A DNA stretch of 24,271 nt from Blastocatellia bacterium (GTDB lineage: Bacteria; Acidobacteriota; Blastocatellia; UBA7656), in assembly GCA_035277165.1 (NCBI GenBank), contig DATEKX010000069.1:1-24271 (forward strand), read 5' to 3'. The notes beneath the pieces were generated by a model, which did not search any database, had not been told where the DNA came from, and worked only from the letters and a program-made list of their open reading frames with translations. Shown piece by piece: positions 1 through 8,573 of the stretch; position 1 is the stretch's first letter; the number at the start of each line of letters is the position of its first letter. The position numbers and the translations under genes are program-made.

Positions 1-4
1 TAAT

Positions 5-790
5 CTATTTGGCCACGCGCTCGTAATAATCGAGCATCAGTTTGCTTCCTGCCGAGTCGAAGATTTTGAATTTCCCCAGCTTCATTTTTTGCAGTCGGAA
101 CTTGATCGAGGTCGCAAGCACGCCTAACCCATACTTCACGCTTCTGTTGAAATTGATCGAAGAAGCTTCTGCGAAATACCGGGTCGGGCAGGAAACTTCC
201 CCGATTCTGTATTTGAAATAGACAGCTTGAGCCAGCATCTCATTGTCAAATATGAAATCGTCGGAGTTGTCTTCCAGTGGTAAATCTTCGAGAACTTTTC
301 GAGCGAATGCGCGATAGCCCGTGTGGTATTCCGACAGCTTGTAGTTGAGCAGTATGTTCTGAACCAGAGTCAGGAAACGATTGGAAATATATTTGTAGAG
401 CGGCATCCCTCCTTTGAGCGCCCCGACGCCGAGTATTCTTGACCCCAGCGCCAAATCGTATTCGCCGTATGCGATCATGCCTGCGAGCGACACGATGAGA
501 TTCGGTGAGTATTGATAATCAGGATGGAGCATGATGATAATGTCGGCTCCGCTTTTGAGCGCCTCGCGGTAACAGGTTTTCTGATTCCTGCCATAGCCCA
601 TGTTTTGCTTGTGCAAAAATACGGTCAGCCCCATATCTTTGGCCAGCGCCACTGTCGCGTCCGAACTCTTGTCATCGACCAGCAGGATGTCGTCAACGAC
701 ATCCGCAGGTATTTCGCCATAGGTTTGCTCAAGCGTCCTGGCCGCGTTGTAAGCAGGCATGACGACGATAATCTTTTTGTTGTTCAGCAC
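5..790 (-). CDS. Glycosyltransferase family 2 (polyprenol-phosphate mannosyltransferase-like)
   Basis: N-terminal IIVVMPAYN, LLVDDKSSD, MLHPDYQY (DxD-like position) and GYRAF motifs of GT2. GTG at 790 preceded by GAGAG is preferred over the ORF-track TTG at 808. Confidence 0.9.
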   Translation of the reverse strand: MLNNKKIIVVMPAYNAARTLEQTYGEIPADVVDDILLVDDKSSDATVALAKDMGLTVFLHKQNMGYGRNQKTCYREALKSGADIIIMLHPDYQYSPNLIVSLAGMIAYGEYDLALGSRILGVGALKGGMPLYKYISNRFLTLVQNILLNYKLSEYHTGYRAFARKVLEDLPLEDNSDDFIFDNEMLAQAVYFKYRIGEVSCPTRYFAEASSINFNRSVKYGLGVLATSIKFRLQKMKLGKFKIFDSAGSKLMLDYYERVAK

Positions 791-850
791 AGTTCTCTCA
801 AAACACAAAACGAATTCCGGCTCGCCGCTTTATACTTTTATTGAATTTGT

Positions 851-1477
851 TTAATTCTGTCGAGCCTGCGCTCTTGCGGGTACGCGCTCGGTGTAGCGCG
901 GCAGGTACTTGTTGACGATTCTATAAATCAAAACCAGCGCCAACGCCGCGCCGAAAAGCAGCGGCTCGCGCGTGTCTGCTTTCACAAGCATGTAGTAATG
1001 AATCACGCCGCCAGCGGCTGCCACATAAGCGAGCTTATGCAATCGGCTCCACGCTCGGCCACCCAATCGCTTGACCATTTTTTGCGTCGAGGTTATCGCA
1101 AGCGGAACAAGCAATATAAAACTGGCCATTCCAATCGTGATGAAAGGCCGTTTGCCTACGTCTTCGATAATCGCTTTAACGTCAAAGAATTTATCGAACC
1201 ATGTATAGGTCAGCAGATGCAGGAAGGCGTAAAAGAATCCGAACAGCCCAAGCATCCTTCGGAACTTCACCATCCACGGCAACCCGAGCATTTTTCTGAG
1301 CGGCGTCACTGCGAGCGAGAGTATTAAAAACAACAATGCCAGCGAGCCCGTTGTGCGGGTGGCGAACTCGTAAGGGTTCGCGCCGAGCCTGTGATAGTAT
1401 GCGTCGTTAGCCAACAGCGCGAGCGGCACCGTGGCGTTTGCGAATATTACGAACCTTGCAAATCTAGTGTCTTTCAC
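851..1477 (-). CDS. msrQ: Protein-methionine-sulfoxide reductase heme-binding membrane subunit MsrQ (YedZ)
   Basis: Multi-TM protein with LxVTPLR, RRMLGLFGFFYAFLHLLTY and WSRLHKLAY motifs; directly downstream of msrP. Confidence 0.95.
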   Translation of the reverse strand: MKDTRFARFVIFANATVPLALLANDAYYHRLGANPYEFATRTTGSLALLFLILSLAVTPLRKMLGLPWMVKFRRMLGLFGFFYAFLHLLTYTWFDKFFDVKAIIEDVGKRPFITIGMASFILLVPLAITSTQKMVKRLGGRAWSRLHKLAYVAAAGGVIHYYMLVKADTREPLLFGAALALVLIYRIVNKYLPRYTERVPARAQARQN

Positions 1478-1489
1478 TTGGATCGCCTC

Positions 1490-2464
1490 TCAAAAATATC
1501 TCCGCAAATCCATGCCTTCGTACATTTGCGCGACCTGATCTGCATAGCCGTTAAAGATCAAGGTGTCGCGTTTGCCGAATTCGCCTATGCGTTGTTCCGT
1601 CCTCTGGCTCCATCGCGGGTGGTTCACGTTCGGGTTCACATTTGAATAGAATCCGTATTCGTCGGGCGCGGCGATATTCCATGTAGCTGGCGGCTCTGCT
1701 TCCACGAGGCGAATCTTGACGATGGATTTGATCCCTTTGAAACCGTACTTCCACGGCACAACGAGTCGAAGCGGCGCGCCGTTTTGAGGCGGCAGCGTTT
1801 CACCATAAAGCCCGTTTGCAAGAATCGTCAGCGGGTGCATGGCTTCGTCCAATCGCAAGCCTTCGACATAAGGCCAATCCAAAATATTTGTGTTGATGTT
1901 GGGCATCTGGTTCGCGTCGGCCAGCGTCTCGAAAGCTACGTAGCGAGCTTGCGACGTGGGTTCGACGCTATCTAAAAGCTTCGAGAGCGGAAAGCCTACC
2001 CACGGGATGACCATCGACCATCCTTCGACGCAGCGATGGCGATATATGCGCTCTTCGGGCGGGCTGAGCTTTATCAGGTCATCAATATCGAAAGTCTTAG
2101 GCTTTTGAACAAGCCCGCCGACTTCTACAGTCCACGGGCGTGTGACGAAGTTTTTAGCTTTTGCGGCGACGGCCCCCTTGCTTGTCGAGAACTCGTAAAA
2201 ATTATTGTAGTGAGTTATGTCATTGTATGAAGTCGTCGCTTCGCCGACCGTTTGCTCGACCGAAGAAGGCGCAGATTGTACATCCGTGATTTTCTCTCCG
2301 ACTTTTCCGTCCTGGCTCGGTGAAGCGAACTGGCGATAAAGCCATCCGGTCGCGATAGTCGTCCCCGCAAGCACTGCTCCGCGCATAAACAGGCGGCGCG
2401 ACATATAAACATCTTTGTCCGTTATCTCGTTGCTCTTAATGTCTTCGGGCTTCTTGATCAACAT
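1490..2464 (-). CDS. msrP: Protein-methionine-sulfoxide reductase catalytic molybdo-subunit MsrP (YedY)
   Basis: Tat signal SRRLFMRG; [20 protein letters not shown] (Mo-ligating Cys), [21 protein letters not shown] and HPRWSQ. Confidence 0.96.
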   Translation of the reverse strand: MLIKKPEDIKSNEITDKDVYMSRRLFMRGAVLAGTTIATGWLYRQFASPSQDGKVGEKITDVQSAPSSVEQTVGEATTSYNDITHYNNFYEFSTSKGAVAAKAKNFVTRPWTVEVGGLVQKPKTFDIDDLIKLSPPEERIYRHRCVEGWSMVIPWVGFPLSKLLDSVEPTSQARYVAFETLADANQMPNINTNILDWPYVEGLRLDEAMHPLTILANGLYGETLPPQNGAPLRLVVPWKYGFKGIKSIVKIRLVEAEPPATWNIAAPDEYGFYSNVNPNVNHPRWSQRTEQRIGEFGKRDTLIFNGYADQVAQMYEGMDLRRYF

Positions 2465-2555
2465 CTCAGTTTACCTGCTTTTAATTCTACCACTGCTCAC
2501 TAAAAACTACGCGCCGCGCGACGGTCGCGGATTTTAAGTCATTTTCAAAATAATC

Positions 2556-2598
2556 AGCCCCAAAACTCGCCGCGCAAGTCCGGCAAACTTTTGGGGCT
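2556..2598 (-). terminator. Stem-loop downstream of the serine hydrolase; probable terminator or stabilising hairpin
   Basis: AGCCCCAAAA (2556-2565) pairs with TTTTGGGGCT (2589-2598), with an inner GCCG/CGGC stem; followed by GATTATTTT on the minus strand. Confidence 0.5.
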
Positions 2599-2648
2599 AT
2601 TTCATATATACATTCAGAGCGGAATTTTATTCCGGCAAGGCTGACTAT

Positions 2649-4142
2649 CTAATGCCCTTTCAACTTTTTCAGCATCTCGACGGCGTTCTGGTTCGCAGAG
2701 TCGAGCTTCAGTGACTTCTCATAGTTCTCAATCGCAAGCTCGCGGTCGCCGTTTTTCATGTATGCCTCGCCCAGACTGTCGTAAACGTTCGAGGACTGGG
2801 GATAGGCTTCTACGTTCAATTGTAATACTCGAATCGCTTCCTTCAATTTCCCGCGCGACATTAATTTGTATCCCAGATCATTCAACTGGACTTCCTCGAA
2901 CGCATATGCGGCGGGGGCGGTCTTCTTCAACTCGTAGTACTTCTTCACAGCCGCTTCAAGCCCTTCGCTCGCGATTGCTTTGGAAAGCACTATCGCTATC
3001 GCCTCTTTGAATACAATCGGCTCCGGTGGAAACCCCAGCGCCACATCCAACGCCGCATTCGTTATGCTGCCGAGCGGCAACGGGCCATCGTAATTCGACA
3101 TCATTACTACGGCCACGCCTTTATCGGGTATCATCAAAAGATTGCTGCGGAAACCCGTGTCGCCGCCGCTGTGCCCGATTGTCCGATTCTCTTTGCGCGC
3201 TCCTAAAAACCAACTGATGCCGATGTTTTGCCACTTATCCCCTGCGGGCTTCCACATAAAATCATAAGTTGGAGCCTTCAGTATTCGCTTGCCGTCAAGC
3301 TCGCCGCGATTCATATTCGCAATCGCCCATCGAGCCATATCCAACACGTTCGAGTAGAGCGTTGAACTCGGCGAGTGCATGCGATTATATGGAAACACTC
3401 GGCTCACGCTCGGCTCATACGACTCATCCAAAACATGCGGGCTCGTCAGTAGCTTCTGGTCGGCCTGTTTTACGAGCAGCGTGCTCGATTTCATTCCGAG
3501 CGGCTCAAGGATGTGATGCTTCACGTAATCTTCAAAACTCTCGCCCGAAACTTTCGCTATCACATCGCCCAGTATTTCATAAGCCATGTTGGAGTATCGA
3601 AACATAGTGCCGGGCTCTGCAATGAGCGAAAGATTAGTCAGGCTGCGCACGTATCGTTCGAGCGCGCCGTCGTCGTACTGCGGCTTGTCCCACTCGTAAT
3701 CTTCTACATCGGGCATTCCCGATACGTGGCTCAACATCTGCCGTATGGTGATCGTTTTGTATCGCTCGTCTTTCATTCGGAAGTAAGGCAGATACTTTAC
3801 GAGCGGCGCATCCAGATCAATCTTTCCCTTTTCCCAAAGCTGTATTATCGAAGTGGCGACGAATGGCTTGGTGATCGAGGCCATGTGAAACAGAGATTGC
3901 GGCGTGATCTTTTCATTCTTGTTTTTAAGATTTTTTACGCCGAAGCCTGCTGCATAAACCACCTTTTGATTTTGAACAACGGCGATGGCAAAGCCTGGAA
4001 CGTTCGCTTGTTTAAGCGCCTGTTCGATCAGCGGCTCAAGCTGCTCTTTGAACCTGTCGTTTGTTCCCTGAGCTTGAAGTTGAATGGGGAGAAGTAGAAT
4101 CGCTGAAATTAAAATGAGCGCGCGAATATTTCTTTTCGTCAT
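2649..4142 (-). CDS. Secreted serine hydrolase, beta-lactamase/AmpC-like fold, with C-terminal TPR
   Basis: Signal peptide; SxxK (ASITK), YxN (YSN) and HSGG motifs; C-terminal TPR (YPQSSNVYDSLGEAYMKNG...AIENYEKSL). Confidence 0.9.
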   Translation of the reverse strand: MTKRNIRALILISAILLLPIQLQAQGTNDRFKEQLEPLIEQALKQANVPGFAIAVVQNQKVVYAAGFGVKNLKNKNEKITPQSLFHMASITKPFVATSIIQLWEKGKIDLDAPLVKYLPYFRMKDERYKTITIRQMLSHVSGMPDVEDYEWDKPQYDDGALERYVRSLTNLSLIAEPGTMFRYSNMAYEILGDVIAKVSGESFEDYVKHHILEPLGMKSSTLLVKQADQKLLTSPHVLDESYEPSVSRVFPYNRMHSPSSTLYSNVLDMARWAIANMNRGELDGKRILKAPTYDFMWKPAGDKWQNIGISWFLGARKENRTIGHSGGDTGFRSNLLMIPDKGVAVVMMSNYDGPLPLGSITNAALDVALGFPPEPIVFKEAIAIVLSKAIASEGLEAAVKKYYELKKTAPAAYAFEEVQLNDLGYKLMSRGKLKEAIRVLQLNVEAYPQSSNVYDSLGEAYMKNGDRELAIENYEKSLKLDSANQNAVEMLKKLKGH

Positions 4143-4193
4143 CTGTGTGCCTCGCTGTTTGAGATAGTCACCTTTACTTACGCGTTGATAAGG

Positions 4194-5252
4194 TTATTTG
4201 TTTTGAAACTTCGCAATGCGACCACGCGGCCCGGCTGCCCAACCCGCGCCTGCGGCGAAACTCACAGAGTTGTAATTTTCCCGGTCAAGACCTCTCCAAT
4301 AATTGCCGCCGTCGTTTGAATAATCCGAACCCGATGTTCCGACCGCAACGAGCACGACGCCGCCTGTGCCCGGAACATATGCGACCGCCGAGCGATACCC
4401 TTTTGGCTGTGTGCCTTGTGCGAGCTTCCACGTTCGTCCGCCGTCGGCTGTCGTCGCCACATTGTTCACGGGCTCTTCGGGCCTGCTGTAATCGCCGCCC
4501 GCGACGATGCCGTTCCATGCATCTTTGAATGCGATTGAAAAGATTCCCGCCGATTGCGTGCCGCTTGTGATCGGAGTCGCTGCGACCTGCCATGTGCGGC
4601 CTCTGTCGGTCGAGCGAAACACGCGCGCAACAGAGCCGCCGCTTGCAAACCACACGTTGCTTTTGCCTTGAACGGTTATACAGGTGCCGCTCGCCGCAAA
4701 GCCTCCCTCGCCCTCGATAGCCGTCGGAAGGTTGCTGGCAGGAACTTGATTCCACGTCTTGCCGCCGTTGTCGGTTGTGATGATGAGAAAACGGCCATCA
4801 ACCGGATCGCTCATCGCGATGCCGTGATCGCGATCCCAGAAGGCCATCGCGTCGAAGAAGCCTTCAGCCGTTTTATTGGTGAATTGCAGAGTCCAGTTTG
4901 CGCCGCCATCAGTCGTTTTATAAATCCTCGATGATTCGCCCTTGCCTATGCTCAACAGGTAAGCAGTGTTCTTGTCGAATGCGTCAACATCTCTGAAATC
5001 CAACTCGCCAGCGCCCGCCACAGTTCCCGCGCGCCAGGTCTTGCCGCCGTCGGTCGTTCGCGTGTAAGTGCCGCGAGTCCCGCTCGCCCACGCGACCTTA
5101 GAACTAACGGCGCACAGTCCGCGAAAGTCTGCATTCGTGCCGCTCGACTGCAAGTTCCATTGCGCAGGTGTCGTGTCGCCTGCGAGCAAGAAAAAGATAA
5201 ACAAAAGACCGGCTTTAATTAATCTCATTCGCATCCATTTGCCTCGCGTCAT
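4194..5252 (-). CDS. YCF48-like / BNR (Asp-box) repeat beta-propeller secreted protein
   Basis: Signal peptide and repeated Asp-boxes (TTDGGKTW, TTDGGANW, TDNGGKTW, STDRGRTW, TADGGRTW, SNDGGNYW). The start may be slightly downstream (MRMRL). Confidence 0.85.
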   Translation of the reverse strand: MTRGKWMRMRLIKAGLLFIFFLLAGDTTPAQWNLQSSGTNADFRGLCAVSSKVAWASGTRGTYTRTTDGGKTWRAGTVAGAGELDFRDVDAFDKNTAYLLSIGKGESSRIYKTTDGGANWTLQFTNKTAEGFFDAMAFWDRDHGIAMSDPVDGRFLIITTDNGGKTWNQVPASNLPTAIEGEGGFAASGTCITVQGKSNVWFASGGSVARVFRSTDRGRTWQVAATPITSGTQSAGIFSIAFKDAWNGIVAGGDYSRPEEPVNNVATTADGGRTWKLAQGTQPKGYRSAVAYVPGTGGVVLVAVGTSGSDYSNDGGNYWRGLDRENYNSVSFAAGAGWAAGPRGRIAKFQNK

Positions 5253-6211
5253 GAATTGCTTGATGTTTCGACTCGCTCAATTATGTCGATACGCCGCACG
5301 TCAATCGTCAGCATATCGTTTTCCAACTGGCGATTGAATACGTTAGCGAACCGTGCGTTCCAGATTACCTCGTCAGCTTTGTAAGAAGACCGCGCGTGAA
5401 CGGTCTGCGAAAATGTCTCGTCAATGCCCGTCAAAAGAATCAGAAACTCCGCATCCGTCCGGCGCAGGTCTTCCTGCGTCAGGCCGTAAAGCGGACTGGT
5501 CTCGTCAACCGGATGCACAATCGTCCAGCTCAAGGGGAAGAAGACTACCTTGTCGCGTTCAAGTGTTAAAGGATAAAAACGGCGGACGCTCTTTCCGCCT
5601 TCATCTTTTTCAAATTGCGCGAAAAGGATTTTGGCTTCAAGCTCGATGATTTGATTAGTGCGCGCGTTTGTGATGCGAAACTCAAACGCCGTTATGTCTC
5701 CGTAAGGCGCGACGATGGCTCGTTGGCTGAATATGATCTTAGCCGTCGGTCTGGAAAACCTTGCGAACAACAATCCTGTGGCGAGCGCGAATCCAAGAAG
5801 GCCGACTAAAGACTCGATAGTGACGATCACGTGCGCAGCCGGTCCCGTGGGGATGATGTTGCCATAGCCGATTGTCGCGAACGTTTCTACGCTGAAGAAG
5901 AACGCGCACAGAAAATCGTTTTTGAAAGTCACTTCCGGCGAAGTGACCAGCGCGCCCGGCCCGCATGCCATGTAGGCGAATGCGAAGATGAGGTTGCCGA
6001 TGAGGTAAAAAAGCGCGACGAGGCTCAAAAATTTCGACCATGACATGGTCAGCAACCGATGATAAATACTGAGCGATGTCCAGAAGCTCAACCCCCGGCG
6101 CGCGACGTTGAAGCTGCCATCTCGATTTAAGAGGCGTTGTCGGCTTTCGTGCGCGACCACCGAGCCAAATCCCAGATCGCGATTCTCTTCTTCTTTGCTT
6201 GCACGGCGCAT
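5249..6211 (-). CDS. Inward-rectifier potassium channel (KirBac family)
   Basis: Two TM helices around the filter ETFATIGYG; FARFSRP; Kir cytoplasmic domain (FEFRITNAR, FFPLSWTIVHPVDETSPL, FSQTVHARSSY). Confidence 0.93.
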   Translation of the reverse strand: MRRASKEEENRDLGFGSVVAHESRQRLLNRDGSFNVARRGLSFWTSLSIYHRLLTMSWSKFLSLVALFYLIGNLIFAFAYMACGPGALVTSPEVTFKNDFLCAFFFSVETFATIGYGNIIPTGPAAHVIVTIESLVGLLGFALATGLLFARFSRPTAKIIFSQRAIVAPYGDITAFEFRITNARTNQIIELEAKILFAQFEKDEGGKSVRRFYPLTLERDKVVFFPLSWTIVHPVDETSPLYGLTQEDLRRTDAEFLILLTGIDETFSQTVHARSSYKADEVIWNARFANVFNRQLENDMLTIDVRRIDIIERVETSSNS

Positions 6212-6298
6212 AGGTTCACTCGATTTTTTTGCTTGAGTGAAGAATGACCGATGAATAAAAAATAAGCAACTGAGCCGAATCAGGGCTGTAACAAAGTA

Positions 6299-6392
6299 GT
6301 AGGGGCAGGGACAAGCCCTGCCCGGATCGCCGACAGGCGATAATTAGTCATGGTCTTACGACCATCCGGGCAGGGACAAGCCCTGCCCCTAC
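6299..6392. repeat. Pair of REP-like palindromic units (GTAG...CTAC flanked)
   Basis: GTAGGGGCAGGGACAAGCCCTGCCCGGAT (6299-6327) and ATCCGGGCAGGGACAAGCCCTGCCCCTAC (6364-6392); each unit folds as GGGCAGGG-ACAAG-CCCTGCCC. Confidence 0.75.
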
Positions 6393-6517
6393 ATGACATG
6401 CCAACCGCCCTGTGGGCCGAATCGGAAATCAATCCATCCTTGCTAGAACGCGCGCTGATAACGTATGCTGGCGCTTCACTCGCATCAAAGACATTAAACC
6501 TTTCAGGATTATTTCTC

Positions 6518-7846
6518 ATGAATGATCGCCGCGAATTGTTCGGCTGGTACATCTATGATTGGGCAAACTCTGCTTTCTACACGGTTGTAGTGACAGTCTT
6601 TCTCGGCCCCTATCTGACTACTGTCGCGGAAACGGCGGCTGACGCCGATGGATTCATCTACCCGCTAGGCATAGGAGTCTCGTCAGGTTCTTTCTTCTCT
6701 TACGTTGTCTCTGTGTCGGTATTTTTTCAGATGCTCTTTCTGCCTTTACTGGGCGCTATCTCGGATTACTCGAATCTGAAAAAACAGATGCTGGCTTTCT
6801 TTGCCTACACAGGCTCGTTTGCGACGATGGGGTTATATTTTCTGGATGGCGACCGTTATATGCTGGGCGGTGTGCTGTTTCTCGTAGCAAACTTCAGCAT
6901 CGGCGCTTCTTTAGTTTTCTACAACGCCTACCTCAACGATGTCGCAAGCCCCGACCGCCGGGACTCTGTTTCGTCAATAGGCTTTGCATGGGGTTACATT
7001 GGCGGCGGGTCGTTGCTGGCAGCAAACCTCGGGCTTCTTTTTAAAGCAGAATCTTTGGGACTCAGCCGTTCGCATGCGGTTCGTATCAGCCTGTTGTCAG
7101 CCGGATTATGGTGGGCCCTGTTCACGCTTATTCCAATGGCGCTTCTCAAGCGCAGGCGGGCGCAAAAGAGCCTGCCGCCCGGAGAGAGCCATCTGAAAGT
7201 AGGACTTAAACAGCTCAGGCATACCCTGAAAGATTTGATTCACTATCCGCAGACGCTGCTGTTTCTGCTTGCGTTCCTGCTTTACAACGATGGCATACAA
7301 ACGGTCATAGCGCTGTCGGCGCAGTTCGGAAGTAAAGAGCTTGGACTTGAACTCTCAACGCTTACGGCAACAGTCCTTGTCGTGCAATTCGTCGCCTTCT
7401 TCGGCGCAACTATCTTCAACTTCATCGCAAAAAAAGTGGGTACGAAGCGGGCCATCATCATCAGCTTGATTATATGGATAGGCACGATCATCTATGCTTA
7501 TGCTGCGCTCAGGACTGCGCGCGATTTTCTGATCATGGGCGCAGTCATCGGCCTTGTGCTTGGCGGGAGTCAGGCGCTCAGCCGCTCGCTTTATTCGCTG
7601 ATGATCCCTAAGGGAAAGGAGGCCGAGTATTTCAGCCTCTATGAAGTGAGCGACAAGGGGACTAGCTGGCTTGGGCCGCTGCTGTTCGGGCTGGCATATC
7701 AATTCACAGACAGCTATCGCATCTCGATTCTTTCGCTGGTGATATTTCTGGTTGTCGGACTCGCGCTGTTACTTTTTGTCAACGTTAACAAGGCGATTAA
7801 GGAAGCAGAAGGCAGTCAGCAAAAGGCGGAAGCCACAGGGCAGTAG
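6518..7846 (+). CDS. MFS transporter, UMF1/Atg22-like family
   Basis: GWYIYDWANSAF N-terminal signature, about 12 TM helices, GGSQALSRS motif. ATG 6518 chosen because the ORF-track extension to 6350 runs through the REP repeats. Confidence 0.9.
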   Translation: MNDRRELFGWYIYDWANSAFYTVVVTVFLGPYLTTVAETAADADGFIYPLGIGVSSGSFFSYVVSVSVFFQMLFLPLLGAISDYSNLKKQMLAFFAYTGSFATMGLYFLDGDRYMLGGVLFLVANFSIGASLVFYNAYLNDVASPDRRDSVSSIGFAWGYIGGGSLLAANLGLLFKAESLGLSRSHAVRISLLSAGLWWALFTLIPMALLKRRRAQKSLPPGESHLKVGLKQLRHTLKDLIHYPQTLLFLLAFLLYNDGIQTVIALSAQFGSKELGLELSTLTATVLVVQFVAFFGATIFNFIAKKVGTKRAIIISLIIWIGTIIYAYAALRTARDFLIMGAVIGLVLGGSQALSRSLYSLMIPKGKEAEYFSLYEVSDKGTSWLGPLLFGLAYQFTDSYRISILSLVIFLVVGLALLLFVNVNKAIKEAEGSQQKAEATGQ

Positions 7847-7883
7847 GCAATCGATGCCTGCTGCCCATTGCTTTCTGCTTACT
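7803..7883. repeat. Inverted short tandem heptamer repeats (RGCAGW type) between convergent genes
   Basis: AAGCAGA/AGGCAGT/CAGCAAA/AGGCGGA/GGGCAGT/AGGCAAT followed by complementary CTGCCCA/TTGCTTT/CTGCTTA units. Confidence 0.55.
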
Positions 7884-8475
7884 TCGACGGAGCGTAAAAA
7901 GGATTCTGGCCCGAAGCGTGATCCGTCGAGTCGAATATCTCGCGCACTTGAGGCACCTGATCGCGAATCATTCTTTCGATGCCCATCTTCAAAGTAACGT
8001 CTGCAGCGCCACAGCCCTGACAGCCTCCGCCCATGCGTATGAACACGTTGTCGTCCTGCACGTCGAGCAGTTCGACAAAGCCGCCGTGCGCAGCCACGCC
8101 GGGATTGATCATATCGTCAAGCACTTGCTGCACTCGCGTGCGTACAGCCTCAGACGGCAGCCGGTCGCCTTCGGCAACGGGCGGGGGCGGATTGAAGAAA
8201 GTGCGAATGGCAGAGCCTATGCGTTTGCCAAGCTGTCGCCAGTCTTCATTGCCTGTCTGGGTCACGGCCACACGGTATCCGTCAAGCTCTACTTTCGAGA
8301 TGCCCGGTATTTTGAAAAGCCTGTCGGCCAGGTCGTTGTCCTTCGATTCTTCGGCGCTGGTGAAAACAGCCGAACCGGAATGAACCGGGCGATCAACCGT
8401 GAAACGGCAAACGCGAATATCTTGCTGGTCTACTTCTGCTCTTATCTGAATGTTATCGGCTAATGGTGAACTCAT
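7879..8475 (-). CDS. Nfu/NifU-family Fe-S cluster carrier (Nfu_N domain plus NifU-C domain)
   Basis: C-terminal INPGVAAHGGFVELLDV...MGGGCQGC (CxxC); N-terminal scaffold-like domain (LADRLFKIPGISKV); strong RBS GAAGGAG. Confidence 0.9.
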   Translation of the reverse strand: MSSPLADNIQIRAEVDQQDIRVCRFTVDRPVHSGSAVFTSAEESKDNDLADRLFKIPGISKVELDGYRVAVTQTGNEDWRQLGKRIGSAIRTFFNPPPPVAEGDRLPSEAVRTRVQQVLDDMINPGVAAHGGFVELLDVQDDNVFIRMGGGCQGCGAADVTLKMGIERMIRDQVPQVREIFDSTDHASGQNPFYAPSK

Positions 8476-8573
8476 ATCAAAGCTCCTTCAATGTAATTGT
8501 AAATGATGAACGCGAGAGCAGGAAGGATGAATCCGGCGATTTCATATTTCAAATCTTTCATTCATCGTTGCTC

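Noticed and set aside
791-808. ORF-track N-terminal extension (TTG start) of the GT2 gene
   Set aside because: GTG 790 has a better RBS and the family motif starts right after it.
3513-4097. 194-aa + strand ORF and other long ORFs antisense to the serine hydrolase
   Set aside because: Shadow frames of a well-supported gene in GC-rich DNA; no motifs.
6280-6552. 90-aa minus-strand ORF and the 56-aa N-terminal extension of the MFS ORF
   Set aside because: Both run through the REP repeats and promoter region; translations are not protein-like.
7918-8463. 181-aa and 116-aa + strand ORFs
   Set aside because: Antisense shadows of the Nfu gene.
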